A stretch of 58,147 bases of DNA, the filler included, from Squatina squatina (Eukaryota), in assembly GCA_031763465.1 (NCBI GenBank). It is 4 parts of 3 records of this genome, joined end to end, with 100 filler letters (N's around TTAATTAATTAA, not from the genome) between each part and the next. Parts side by side here need not be neighbours in the genome. Positions count along the whole stretch, not along the records: positions 12,388 to 25,375 come from JARFOE010000189.1; 3 more parts are not named here. One strand, 5' to 3'. Numbering within the stretch: position 1 is the stretch's first letter; each line of letters starts with the position of its first letter. The translations under genes and the position numbers were made by a program. The notes below the pieces were generated by a model that was not told the origin of the DNA, ran no database searches, and worked only from the letters and a program-made list of their open reading frames with translations. Below are positions 13,137 through 24,920 of this stretch, piece by piece.

Positions 13137-13167
13137 CTGAAGGTAAGAGTAGTGCAGGTTCTCCTCC
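13137..13167 (-). promoter_or_regulatory. ATE1: Intronic element complementary to the 3' splice sites and 5' ends of both ATE1 exon 7a and exon 7b (putative competing RNA structure)
   Basis: The plus-strand text ctgaaggtaagagtagtgcaggttctcctcc aligns with the sense sequences ctgaagGTGAAACTAGTGCCAGTTTCCTCC (7b) and ctgaagGTGAGGCTAGTGAGGTCATCTCC (7a). The pre-mRNA copy is therefore antisense to both. Confidence 0.7.
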
Positions 13168-14567
13168 ATATCCAGTTCAAAAGCTGATTTAAAATGATCC
13201 AATTTATTCCTACAACCAAAAGGTCAAATTAATCTGAACAAATTTATAAGGAACTAATAAATTTGTTTTTTTCTTTTCCATGCCCAGCTTCTGGCAATAA
13301 ACAACATTTAAACTTGCACTTGATTTGTAGGCTTCACCTCTGGCACAGGCCAGGTTTCCAAGCTGCTAACAAAACCATATGTTTGCATTTTCAAATTGGC
13401 TCCAAGTCAAGTTGCTAGGTGGGGCACTATAATGTGCTTGGCTTTTCCCTTGGTCTACATAGTCTGTGCGCTTGTGTGCAAGNNNNNNNNNNNNNNNNNN
13501 NNNNNNNNNNNNNNNNNNNNNNNNNNNNNNNNNNNNNNNNNNNNNNNNNNNNNNNNNNNNNNNNNNNNNNNNNNNNNNNNNNNNNNNNNNNNNNNNNNNN
13601 NNNNNNNNNNNNNNNNNNNNNNNNNNNNNNNNNNNNNNNNNNNNNNNNNNNNNNNNNNNNNNNNNNNNNNNNNNNNNNNNNNNNNNNNNNNNNNNNNNNN
13701 NNNNNNNNNNNNNNNNNNNNNNNNNNNNNNNNNNNNNNNNNNNNNNNNNNNNNNNNNNNNNNNNNNNNNNNNNNNNNNNNNNNNNNNNNNNNNNNNNNNN
13801 NNNNNNNNNNNNNNNNNNNNNNNNNNNNNNNNNNNNNNNNNNNNNNNNNNNNNNNNNNNNNNNNNNNNNNNNNNNNNNNNNNNNNNNNNNNNNNNNNNNN
13901 NNNNNNNNNNNNNNNNNNNNNNNNNNNNNNNNNNNNNNNNNNNNNNNNNNNNNNNNNNNNNNNNNNNNNNNNNNNNNNNNNNNNNNNNNNNNNNNNNNNN
14001 NNNNNNNNNNNNNNNNNNNNNNNNNNNNNNNNNNNNNNNNNNNNNNNNNNNNNNNNNNNNNNNNNNNNNNNNNNNNNNNNNNNNNNNNNNNNNNNNNNNN
14101 NNNNNNNNNNNNNNNNNNNNNNNNNNNNNATTCAAGTTGTGTAGGATTTATTTTTTTGTCCTTATTTTTTTGCTGATGTCTACAAGTTACACACACTGGT
14201 AAACATGAAGGAGGTTTTAACCTTTACATTAACTTTCTATAGTAACAACTAAAAATACACAAAGATTAAAGATTTTCATGTTCAATTTTGACTATTTCTG
14301 AAATCGGAAAATACTTTTTTTTCTATGAATCCTTGAAGTGAATCCAACAGTTCATCACTTCACTCATGGACGAAGACGAGATATCATAGGAATTATCCAA
14401 AAAAGTTATAATTTAAGGTAATGCATTACCTTCTTTTCAAAGTATTCATTCTCACCTGATTTAGTGTTTTTATTTAGTATTAACTTAGCCATTTATATAT
14501 TACCCACTGTAATGGTAAAGGGGAAGAAACCATTAAATAAATGTCAATGTTTTTCTTTATGAATCTA

Positions 14568-14804
<237 letters not shown>

Positions 14805-15437
14805 CTACAGAAGCATTTATTCAATCAAATTCCTCGAACTTAAGGAAAGACCTTTGTTACAGAAATGTTAGTTTCAGCAAGATTACCAAATGTAGCAGCA
14901 TCAGCCAATACTGCATTGTATTGCGCATTTAACTCTGTAGTAACAATAAAAATTACAATATAAATTACATTTTAAAATTACAAACATTGGGGGCGGACAA
15001 TTCGTTACTTACCGGCTGCTGGAATACGTCGTTAAATCAGCGTTGGATCCCGAATGCCGTTTTTCTTCATTAACTGCGGCGCCAGACAATTCGTCGGGGT
15101 CCAGCATGGCGTACAAAATAGAAACTCAGCGTATGGCGCTAGGTGGCGTCCATGACGTCATCAGTGCACGCAACGCTGAAAATGGCTGGCCGGCTGACAA
15201 TTAAGGTAAGTTACTGGTCCTTAAAAGTAGCAGTGACACCGCCGGGGTTTTTTGGCGATGTCACCTGGTGGGGAGAAATGTTTTATCATTAAAATGAGCG
15301 CTAATTGTTTTTTTAAAAATAGCGATTTTTTTTTTTAAAACCTAAATTTGGTTGTAGGCATTGTTAGAAAGTGCAAAAGTGGTTCACCTACCTTAAAAAA
15401 TGGTTTTGCATGGCCACTTTTGATTTTTTTTAATTTG

Positions 15438-15745
15438 ACTATTCAGCCATGAATAGCATCACTAATGTTGGAGTGGGAACGGAGATGCAGGGATGGCATC
15501 CTTTTGGAGCAGGGATGAGTCACATTGATAATTACCTTTGTCTGACCAGTTGGCTTCGTGAACAATCTGACCAATTGCCCATGGGGGGGATTCACTAATG
15601 TTGGAGTGGGAACTGAGGTGCAGGGATGGTGTCCTTTAGGAGCAGAGGGATGAATCACATTGATATTCACCTTTGCCTGACCCGGTCGCTTTGTGACCAA
15701 TGTGACTATTCAGCCATTGGGGCATCACTCATATGTTGCAGTAGG
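15438..15745. repeat. About 133-bp diverged tandem repeat, about 2.3 copies
   Basis: gactattcagccat occurs at 15438 and 15704. cactaatgttggagtgggaac is repeated at about 15460 and about 15593. Confidence 0.75.
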
Positions 15746-16059
15746 ATCTCCACTGACACCACATGAGGTAGGGGAGGTAGAGGGATTGCCTCCTTTGGGA
15801 TGAGAGAGAGATGAGGGCACACCAAGATGATGCCAAGCAGCAGCAGCTGGTAATCATCAGCACGCTCAGCAACCCCTTCACTTGCCACAGCCAGCTATGT
15901 CACTGGTGGCACACGCCGCAGCCCTGCATCATCCTCCAAGAGGGCGGACAGGAAAGTGANNNNNNNNNNNNNNNNNNNNNNNNNNNNNNNNNNNNNNNNN
16001 NNNNNNNNNNNNNNNNNNNNNNNNNNNNNNNNNNNNNNNNNNNNNNNNNNNNNNNNNNN

Positions 16060-16318
16060 ATGATTTCACCGAGTTGAGGAGAAATTTTTTCTCACAGGGC
16101 AGTGGGTGTCTGGAACACACTGCCTGAAAAAGCAGTAGAGACAGAAACCTGTATCACATTTAAAAAGTACTTGGTTATGTACTTGAAGTGCCATAACCTG
16201 CAAGGCTCAGAGCAAGAGCTAGAAAGTGGGATTAGGCTGGATAGCCCTTTTGCGACCGATGCAGACATGATGGGCCGAATCGCCTCCTTCTGTGCCGTAA
16301 ATTTCTATGATTCTATGA
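16060..16318 (+). mobile_element. CR1 LINE 3' end
   Basis: ORF2 C-terminal remnant (NFFSQRAVGVWNTLP) and a (TTCTATGA)2 tail. Confidence 0.8.
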
Positions 16319-17163
16319 AAGAATGTTCCACCTATTCTACAGAAAGGCAGGCATAGCAAGGACCCATATGGACTCCTACAGCAACATTTTATTTGGAGGA
16401 AGTGAGTGGAGTCAAAGGAGAAGTTATTCAATGCAAGAACAAGTTCAGCCAGTCAGGAGGGTGGTGGTGGATGGGAACTGGTTGGACCTGTTTATTGAAG
16501 AAGCAGAGGGCCCTCAGGCCAAGTGGAGAAAACAGTCGAGATAGGAAGAAATAAGTTCCAGGGTCAGTAGGGGCAAGATAAGTCTAAAACGACAGGTCTG
16601 CTAGCGGAGTCCTGTTTATGGATCTTGGGAAGGAGGTAAAAGCAAGTTGTACGGAGCTGGGGGTCCATGAGGTTAGAGGCCGTGGAGGTGGGTGGGAAAG
16701 AGAGGAGAATGTCTCCAGAGGAGATGAGGTCAGTGACGGTCTCGGTAATGACAGTTTGATATTCCAGGTGGAGGGAGGAGCAGGTNNNNNNNNNNNNNNN
16801 NNNNNNNNNNNNNNNNNNNNNNNNNNNNNNNNNNNNNNNNNNNNNNNNNNNNNNNNNNNNNNNNNNNNNNNNNNNNNNNNNNNNNACTGCATATAACTTT
16901 GCAACGTAAGAAAGAGCAAGGATGGATATATGATGAAGTGAATGCTGAGGTCAGCTTGTAACTGTTATCCACTATGAGGTGATTCACACCCACTTTCAAA
17001 CTACGTGGAAAAAGTTAATTGTTCTTTCCAATAATCACTAGGTGCTTCTTGGCCAGTTAATATTCAGGTATTTCCCTGAACACTACCTCCAAGAATTCCA
17101 CATAGAAAAATTGCCAAGAAAGTGGAAATACTGATGGTTACCTGAAGACAGACATAATGCTTA

Positions 17164-17259
<96 letters not shown>

Positions 17260-18993
17260 TTACAGCTATAGTGTAAATCAAATCTAAACATGTCAGTCTG
17301 ATTTTGTTTTGAATTCACTAGGCATCCTGCACCACATACCAAGAGAAAGGCAAATGATCAGTTGCCAGGCTTCTGTTTTGGCCACTGTTAGGAGATGCAC
17401 AAGGTCAGCACAAATCAATATAATGATTATCCTTTCCTTGTGATGAACTCACTTGACTTAGTCTCTCTCCATCAACTGTAACCTAGATTAGGAAGATGCA
17501 TCAACACAGCATCAAGCTATCCAGATGATATAATTTTAAAACTTTAGTATCTGGGGAGACTCTTGACTTCTCTCTCACAGTCCTGGGCAAGCTGATGTTT
17601 GTCTGGATAGCAATCCTGCTGTCGCATTCAACCTCTCTCCCTTTCTCTACTTCACTGACACCACAGTCAGTGCTCTTCTGCCCTTTCATTCTTTCTAAAC
17701 TCCATACATGTTGTCCTGCACGCTGTGCTCAAATTTTAAATAATTCTTTTCCAAAAATTCAAAATTTTGAAAATACTTCATTATTTCCTTCTTCCTATAA
17801 TCTTCAAGTTTGTAAACCCAGGTTTAGTATTGAACAGCACTACATAATTTCATCTCTTATTCTTTTCAGCCTCGATCATATCCTGAACAATGGCCTTTGG
17901 TCCTTCAACAATGTTTTAACAAATGTCCTTTCTTGGGTTTCCAGCACCACACATGAGCAAAGAGCAGGCAATTAGCTCCCATGCCTCCTTCAATGCAGTT
18001 GTAAAAGCAGAGACAAAGAGTTATACCAATAAGAACCAACGGTCGCTCTGCCTTATATTCTGCACTCTTCCCACTGGGAATATCTGGCCTATCTTATTTC
18101 TCTTTGATGAGGTGGGTTGGGTTGACAATCCACTACTCTACAGCACCACAACTAATTTATCACTTTTTAAATTTTGCAAGCAAACTGGTACCATTTATCA
18201 AATAATTTACAATCCAGTTACTTCGAAAACTAACTTAGAAATAAAAACTTAAGAATCATAAATGGACCATCTTGCACTCAGGAAATATATCCTGAAAGCT
18301 GGCCAGAATTTTGTAAATATATATATTAGAATAGAGTTTTAACNNNNNNNNNNNNNNNNNNNNNNNNNNNNNNNNNNNNNNNNNNNNNNNNNNNNNNNNN
18401 NNNNNNNNNNNNNNNNNNNNNNNNNNNNNNNNNNNNNNNNNNNTATATGTAACCACATCTAAAAGCATGTGCAAGGAACGACCCTAGCTGGAAACAATGC
18501 TGGTCTCAGACCAATAGCTGCAACATAAATACAGCATTAGATGCAGTCAGGAAGTCTCAATTAATTTACATGATTTTTATTTTTGAAATATGGATCATTA
18601 GGAAGTCATCCTATTTTTAATATTTTGATGAGACACAGAAAAAGGCAAACAATTCCCCAATGTGCACTGAGTTAACTGATCTCAGCTGGGACAGTAATAG
18701 GGATGCTGCAATTGGCTTCTGCACCTCTGGGCTAGAAGCAAAACCAATGATCTCTGTTGAATTTGCCAATGTAAGGTTATCAGATCTAGGCCCAGTCATA
18801 ACACCCCCACAAATGAATAGCTTACGAATACCATCAAGTGAGATGCTACACAATGATCAACACTCATGGGACTACACCCCAGCAAGAAGTTTACACATCA
18901 GGAGAAAGAATGCTTTCATATATACAATTTGTGGAAGGGGCATCTTAGTGCAAATGGCTGCACTTCAAGTCAATTACTTTATGTAACACTTAC

Positions 18994-19088
18994 TCTCACA
19001 ATGAAGGATACATGGAATATGTTCTCCACAGTCCGTGAGTAAGAATGTGGATCAATTACAAAGTCAAAGAAATTGATTGGCGTTTCAG
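18994..19088 (-). CDS. NSMCE4A: NSMCE4A (Nse4 kleisin of SMC5/6) exon ~7, 95 nt
   Basis: Boundaries ttttacag|CT ... AGA|gtaagt. Encodes [31 protein letters not shown], the Nse4 C-terminal motif (human [31 protein letters not shown]). Confidence 0.92.
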
Positions 19089-19808
19089 CTGTAAAAGATA
19101 ATGCAATCGAAAAATTAATATCTTCTGATGACATTATCTCATCAAACCATGTGGCAAAGAATAGGATCGGACAATTAGATTAGAGTAAATGTCTGGCTAA
19201 GAGTGGGGGAAAAAAAGGTGACAGAAAGAAGGGCAACAATTACTGGAAGTAAGTTCTATCTGCAAGTCTTAGATTTGAAGAAACTGGAAACAGTAAAGCT
19301 TTAGGTACATTTATAGACNNNNNNNNNNNNNNNNNNNNNNNNNNNNNNNNNNNNNNNNNNNNNNNNNNNNNNNNNNNNNNNNNNNNNNNNNNNNNNNNNN
19401 NNNNNNNNNNNNNNNNNNGTCGTTGTCACACAGCCGTGAAACCTGAGTCGGGGGGGAGGGGTGTGGAAAAGTTGAATGTTTGTAAATGCTGCATTCCTCA
19501 CTACATTTTATGGCTATTAGCTAGCTGCTACTGAATCTTTTGAAATTTACTATCCTGGACCCCCTCACTGAGTCAGTGTTACTAATTCCAGCCATATTTT
19601 CCTTTCAATCTTCCATTAATTTGTTCGTAAAATCAGAGGTTTTTTTTCCTTGATCCTAGGATTTATTTCCCTCTCCCAGGAAATTGTACAGCTACGTAAT
19701 TGGAAGAATGAGATAGGAATGATGGCAGGCAGAAGTTGCAGCATGCCAGGTATGATATTTGAAAAACAGATGGCCAAGTATTGCAAAGTTGGCATAAAAT
19801 CAACAAAC

Positions 19809-19908
19809 CTGTGTAGGCATTATTCTGCGTTCTTCCTTAGTTGGGACCCTCTTCTGTCTCTCTGTTCTTTGTCGTGGAACTGGAGGTTCACTCTTGAAAG
19901 ATCCCAGC
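19809..19908 (-). CDS. NSMCE4A: NSMCE4A exon ~5, 100 nt
   Basis: Boundaries gtgtag|G ... CAG|gtttgt. Encodes LGSFKSEPPVPRQRTERQKRVPTKEERRIMPTQ. Its phase fits the preceding exon, which ends AT|gt. Confidence 0.88.
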
Positions 19909-20128
19909 CTACACCATAAAATAGATATGTTTAACTTTGTAAGAAAGTAAAAGACAGACTTGCAATTATAAGACGCCTTTCACAACTTCAGGACATCCTA
20001 AAGCGCTTCGCAACCAATGAAGTACTTCTTAAGAGTAGTCACCGATGTACTGTATTTGGACATTTGGATTGCAGCATTAGAAGTTTAACATTGCTACAGA
20101 TAACAGGAGAAAAATGTGCTCAACTTAC

Positions 20129-20274
20129 ATATAATGAAAGGCTTGAGCTCTTTTAAAATATTTTTCAGTTTCATTTCCTAGTTTGGTCCAGGCATCTTTA
20201 GGAAGCCACCCCACAGATTCATCGTCATCATCACTCCCTTCAGTATCCAGTCGGTTCAAACCCATGAATGTCAA
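20129..20274 (-). CDS. NSMCE4A: NSMCE4A exon ~4 sequence (146 nt, open frame, real donor, but no upstream intron or acceptor in this contig)
   Basis: Encodes LTFMGLNRLDTEGSDDDDESVGWLPKDAWTKLGNETEKYFKRAQAFHY(M) and ends AT|gtaagt. Its 5' side is joined directly to an exon-3 copy. Confidence 0.8.
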
Positions 20275-20403
20275 CAGTTCCTCTGCAAAGACTGCTGGGT
20301 CAAAAACTGATTAGCGTTATCTGGACCCAAGTTTGTTTCAAGCACTAGAAACTGGGTATCCAGGGCTGCCTCGTGTGTCTGTCAGACATTGGAAAACAGT
20401 TTG
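20275..20403 (-). pseudogene. NSMCE4A: Processed (spliced) and disabled copy of NSMCE4A exon 2 end plus exon 3
   Basis: 20387-20403 is identical to the exon 2 3' end (21672-21688) and abuts an exon 3 copy with no intron. The copy has an in-frame TGA, a 19-nt deletion (ccatcatatctgtgtgtaa) and several substitutions relative to genomic exon 3 at 21132-21217. Confidence 0.8.
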
Positions 20404-21131
20404 NNNNNNNNNNNNNNNNNNNNNNNNNNNNNNNNNNNNNNNNNNNNNNNNNNNNNNNNNNNNNNNNNNNNNNNNNNNNNNNNNNNNNNNNNNNNNNNNN
20501 NNNAACAAACTTCTTATAGAAAAATGCTAGCTGCAGAACACAATCCAGAATATATGTATTTCTCCTCCATAATCTAGATGAAAGGCATACTAAATCAAGT
20601 GATAATATCACTCTTCAATTTAAACACAAGGCGTTGCCATAATCTTATGTACGCTCTAGCAAAAAGCCAGCACAGACTCTTATGCTGCAAACAACGCTTC
20701 TAATGCATCATTACCATATGACTTTAATCTTTGAGAAACAATAGGCAAAGTTAACTATGTAAAAAGAGTAAAATACTAGAAATTATTGAAAATCAATACT
20801 TCGATCACGTTAANNNNNNNNNNCACTTCTTAACTACCAAAGCACACAATAACTACCAAAACACACAACTGTCAAAGCTGTTGTATGGATATGGTGATCA
20901 CAGCAACAATCACTAGTGGCTCTAATCCTGGTAATTAAGCAAGCTGCTAAACAGTTTTGTAAAAAATGAAATGAAGCAGAGTTAAACATAATTCCATCTT
21001 GGACATTTCGAATGAATTTGAAAACTTTCCAATTCATTTTTTCCAGTTGATAGCAAACAAGTCTCTGGATGTAACTCACTCCACGGTATCATTCTTAATG
21101 TCGTGAAGTTTTGCACGCAAGGAAATCTTAC

Positions 21132-21217
21132 CAGTTCCTCTGCAAAGACTGATGGGTCAAAAACCATCATATCTGTGTGTAACTGATTAGCTTTTTCTTG
21201 ACCCAGGTTTGTTGCAA
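21132..21217 (-). CDS. NSMCE4A: NSMCE4A exon ~3 (5' part lost in gap)
   Basis: Encodes ATNLGQEKANQLHTDMMVFDPSVFAEEL and ends CTG|gtaaga. Nse4/EID-type N-terminal region. Confidence 0.85.
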
Positions 21218-21671
21218 NNNNNNNNNNNNNNNNNNNNNNNNNNNNNNNNNNNNNNNNNNNNNNNNNNNNNNNNNNNNCATAATCAGGTATAATTTCAGTT
21301 TTAGTGCATAGTTTTAAGTCTACAAAATCACACGAGGTCCCTGCGCAATATAATTCAGCTACTAAACAACGTCACTATGAATCTAAGGGAGTGTGAGACA
21401 AATGGCTACCAAGGAAATCAGAGGTGGAAGGAAAAGTGTACACTGCTGGGCGTAACTTTTGTCAGCTTAACCAAGCTAAAGACCAGACATCCTCTAGTTA
21501 CAGTGTACAGTTTTAACTATTGGCTGAACAGGAAAAAACAGCCAGCGTTATATTAGCCAGTTTACTTGGTTTGAGATATGTCACAAATTTCATCCGTGAT
21601 TATTTTTGGATTTCACTGCACTATAAACTTTTCTTTGGAAGATATATTACATATTAATAAAGGGTACTCAC

Positions 21672-21752
21672 CATTGGAAAACAGTTTGTTAGCTTCCTCA
21701 AGTGCTTCTGTTAATTTATTACTGTTGGGTCTGATCATATCCTCACGATTCT
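21672..21752 (-). CDS. NSMCE4A: NSMCE4A exon ~2, 81 nt
   Basis: Boundaries tttcag|AG ... AATG|gtgagt. Encodes NREDMIRPNSNKLTEALEEANKLFSN (human QNREDILNAGDKLTEVLEEANTLFNEV). Confidence 0.9.
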
Positions 21753-22083
21753 CTGAAATGTTAAGGAGGGGAAAATGCAAATCAGGGAACCACTTAAAAA
21801 AGAATTTTGAGGACTAATATCATTGTAACACGAGAGAAGGTTATGGAGGTAGGGAAGGGATGAAGCCATGGCAGGATATAAATATGAGAATGAGAACGTT
21901 TAAGTTTAATTTAAGGCATTGGGGAACACGCCAGGTCTGAACTAATCCAATAGGTATTCAATTCCTGACACCCAAGACAAGTANNNNNNNNNNNNNNNNN
22001 NNNNNNNNNNNNNNNNNNNNNNNNNNNNNNNNNNNNNNNNNNNNNNNNNNNNNNNNNNNNNNNNNNNNNNNNNNNNNNNNNNN

Positions 22084-22190
22084 AATTTCTCTGCCATTTC
22101 CTTATTCCCCATTATAAATTCTCCTGTCTCTGCCTGTAAGGGACCCACATTTGCTTTCACCAATCTTTTCCTTTTTACATACCTATAGAA
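22084..22190 (-). mobile_element. CR1 ORF2 linker fragment
   Basis: Encodes FYRYVKRKRLVKANVGPLQAETGEFIMGNKEMAE. Confidence 0.75.
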
Positions 22191-23839
22191 GTGCAAGTTG
22201 TTGCTGTTATTGGTTCAATGAAAGCGTGATAAAATGTTTGCATTGATCTTCTGGACTCAACATTTTTCCTGCTCCATTTGCTGTCAGCTCAGGTGGAAGG
22301 TGCTTGACATTTAATGTGTATTAAAGACCTTCACCTGTAATTTCCACAGGAGACTTCTTTTGATCTATTGCTGTAACTTTGGCGGTAGAGCGGTAGAAAC
22401 CCTGGATAAACAGTATAAATGGCTAAAAGTGAAATAAATGAAATAAAAATCTGGTGATTTCTATAATGGGCAGGGGATCCACTCCACTAGATTACTGCCC
22501 AGATGATGAAGACAAAAATCTACCCACAAGATGTACCAGCTGACCAACTACAGTTGTGGGCTCTCATGGGGAACCAGGCCAGGACTGTGGCCTGGACCTT
22601 CCTGACCTGGATCCCTGAAGATTTTCATCAATGTCTTTTCTTTGGTTTTATAGCCACCCTCTTTGTATGGGGCCTAGAGGACTGCTGACAAAATCTTCTG
22701 TGGAGAATCTGGCACTTTTCTTCCCCTCATTCCAGACTGCGAGACTTTCTGGCTGCTTTGGTGGAAGTAAAGACCACCCCAGATTTTCCATTCAACCTGA
22801 TGAAGGAATGCAAATAGTGGGACCTTCTCCTGTGCTTACAAACTTCAGCATGGTCAGCGGCACAGATCATGGGTGGACACTTCTTTGTACTTATACCAAG
22901 ATGTGCCACTGTGTGGATTTTCAGGGTATATATCTGTAGAAAAATAGTTATTTGATTTCCCTGGAGTTGGATTCACTCAATCCTTTTTTGAGACATTTGG
23001 TTAAATACAGTTTTTAAGTAAAATTGGCACACTACAATTCAACATACCATAAATTCCTTTCCAGTTTCTCTTCCACGAATACAATAATACTTTGCGCAGT
23101 GCTGAATGTTTACAAAAGAAAGTCATCTGTGTGTTGAAAATAAAATCCAGGATTAGAGCCAGTTCATTTTATCCTGGTGACACATGATGCCGGACAAGGC
23201 AAGCCTCACTTTAATCTACATTATAATAATATTGTCCAATGAGGTTACTGTACATAAGGGTATTTGCACTCACAGTTTGCTTTAATGGCTGCAGCACGTT
23301 ATTAAACACTGAATAAAGAAATAAGGAGAGAAATATGCTGAGGCTCAACTGCTTATGAAAAAGGATGTGAAAATAAAGGTAAGTAATTCCTTGAAGACAT
23401 CGAAATACTGAAAATACACTGTTGTTTTCAGACAGAAAGGGTTCGTATCAAAGTTGAACTGGTTTGTAGGTAACTGCGTCAGTTTAGTTTGCAATGAATA
23501 AAGAGCTGTTTTTGGCTCAGAGCTGTTACACTGTTTGCTAAGCAGTCTCCAATTTAAGTCTATTTTATTATTAGTCATATATGTCATGAGATTCCAGTGT
23601 ATGGCTGTACTTTAATCCATTTTTATTTGCTCTTGGCGTTCAATTCTTCAAGAGATGTGTACAAGGTGTTTATTACTGCCACGCGTAATTTCTTGTACAC
23701 ATCAATGAGAACTGCAGTTAATAAAATATGATTGGAACATTTGCTTGGAGTACATTTTAATTAGATGCAGTATGTTCCATCATTACTTTCTGCAATTAGC
23801 TTAAACATACATGCTGCATTTTTGTGTTCAAATAAATGC

Positions 23840-24570
23840 CTTCAGGGTCTTGCTCCTTCCTGTCTCTATAACCTCCTCCAGTGCTACAAGCATCCCCTTT
23901 AACTCTCGGGGGCTGAAATTCATAATTGCTCCACTGAGGGCGCTTACAGGGTGGGAACCAGCGCCTCTCACGTCGGCTCCCACCCCACCCGCTGCAGAAT
24001 TAGTTGTTCCGGGGCGGGACCGAGGCACTGCGCTGTCGGCCTCGCTCCTGGGTGGGACTGGGGTGGTCGACCTGGAACATCGCTGGCGTGGCACCAGCGC
24101 CACGCCGGTGATGTCAGTTGCACTGCGTCAGCGCGCACTGCCAGGCCTCCCTTAAAGGCCCCAGCTGAAATCCCCGGGAGGCGAGATGGCCACCTCCCAG
24201 TACCATTTTGTCCTGTTCCGCCCCGTTCGTGCCCCTCGGAGGCACTAACGGAGTGCAACAGGAGATGAATTTCTAACCTCCTTTTTCTCTGTCTCTGGCC
24301 TTTTGTGCATCCTCTGCTTCCTTTGCCCCATCTTTGGCGGTCATATCTTTAGCTACCCAGGCCTTATTCTCCAGAATTCCCTCCTTAAACACCTCTGCCT
24401 CACTACCTCCCTGTCTTCCTTTAAAACCTACCTCTTTGCCTAAAATTTTGCTTACCTCTCCTAATATCTCCTGCTTTGGCATAGCATTCGTTTTCCTCTT
24501 ACAACTCTGTGAAGCACCTTGGGATGTTTCTTCTACATTAAAGGTGCTTTATAATTCAAGTGTTTGTTGT
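23840..24570 (+). mobile_element. L2-clade LINE 3' end, interrupted by a MITE-like insertion
   Basis: Ends ...tgtgaagcaccttgggatgttt...aaaggtgctttataattcaagtgtttgttgt. Homologous to inverted copies at 5549-5775 and 33318-33495. Confidence 0.65.
23908..24278. mobile_element. GC-rich MITE-like element with GGGCT(A)GAAATTCA-type termini
   Basis: Left end ggggctgaaattca, right end tgaatttctaacc. The reverse complement of the right end matches 2314-2362. Internal sequence is shared with 24921-25375. Confidence 0.6.
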
Positions 24571-24920
24571 TTAAGTTGTAGTAAATCATTTGAAATTACA
24601 TCCTCTGTGATAAGTGATCAACAATTTCTCCTGCAAGAATACATTAATGCATGAGAAAAACATTGAACCACATCATCATTGATGATGTACTTGAAATGAC
24701 TGTTCTTGAATATTTGCATTTTCTTACCAGAACCAATCCTACTGAATATTAAAATTGTCTGATAGAATCCTATGAATTGCAGCGAATTGTTTAATTGTTG
24801 ACTAACTTAAAGGGCAATTTCTAGAGGTTATATAATGTCACATGGTCATTTATAGCTCATAGTTTTAATGCAAATAGGACTTGCGGCATACGTGCAATTA
24901 CAATAAACTTTTAAAAATCT

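Noticed and set aside
13349-13359. Second short complement to ATE1 exon 7b (GGAAACCUGGC versus GCCAGUUUCC)
   Set aside because: Only 10 bp with a bulge, which cannot be distinguished from chance without conservation data.
13366-14202. Long ORFs of 200-280 aa here and at 41861-42689
   Set aside because: They consist almost entirely of N-gap translation.
23811-24268. Overlapping 90-115 aa ORFs on both strands
   Set aside because: A result of stop-codon scarcity in a GC-rich MITE-like insertion.
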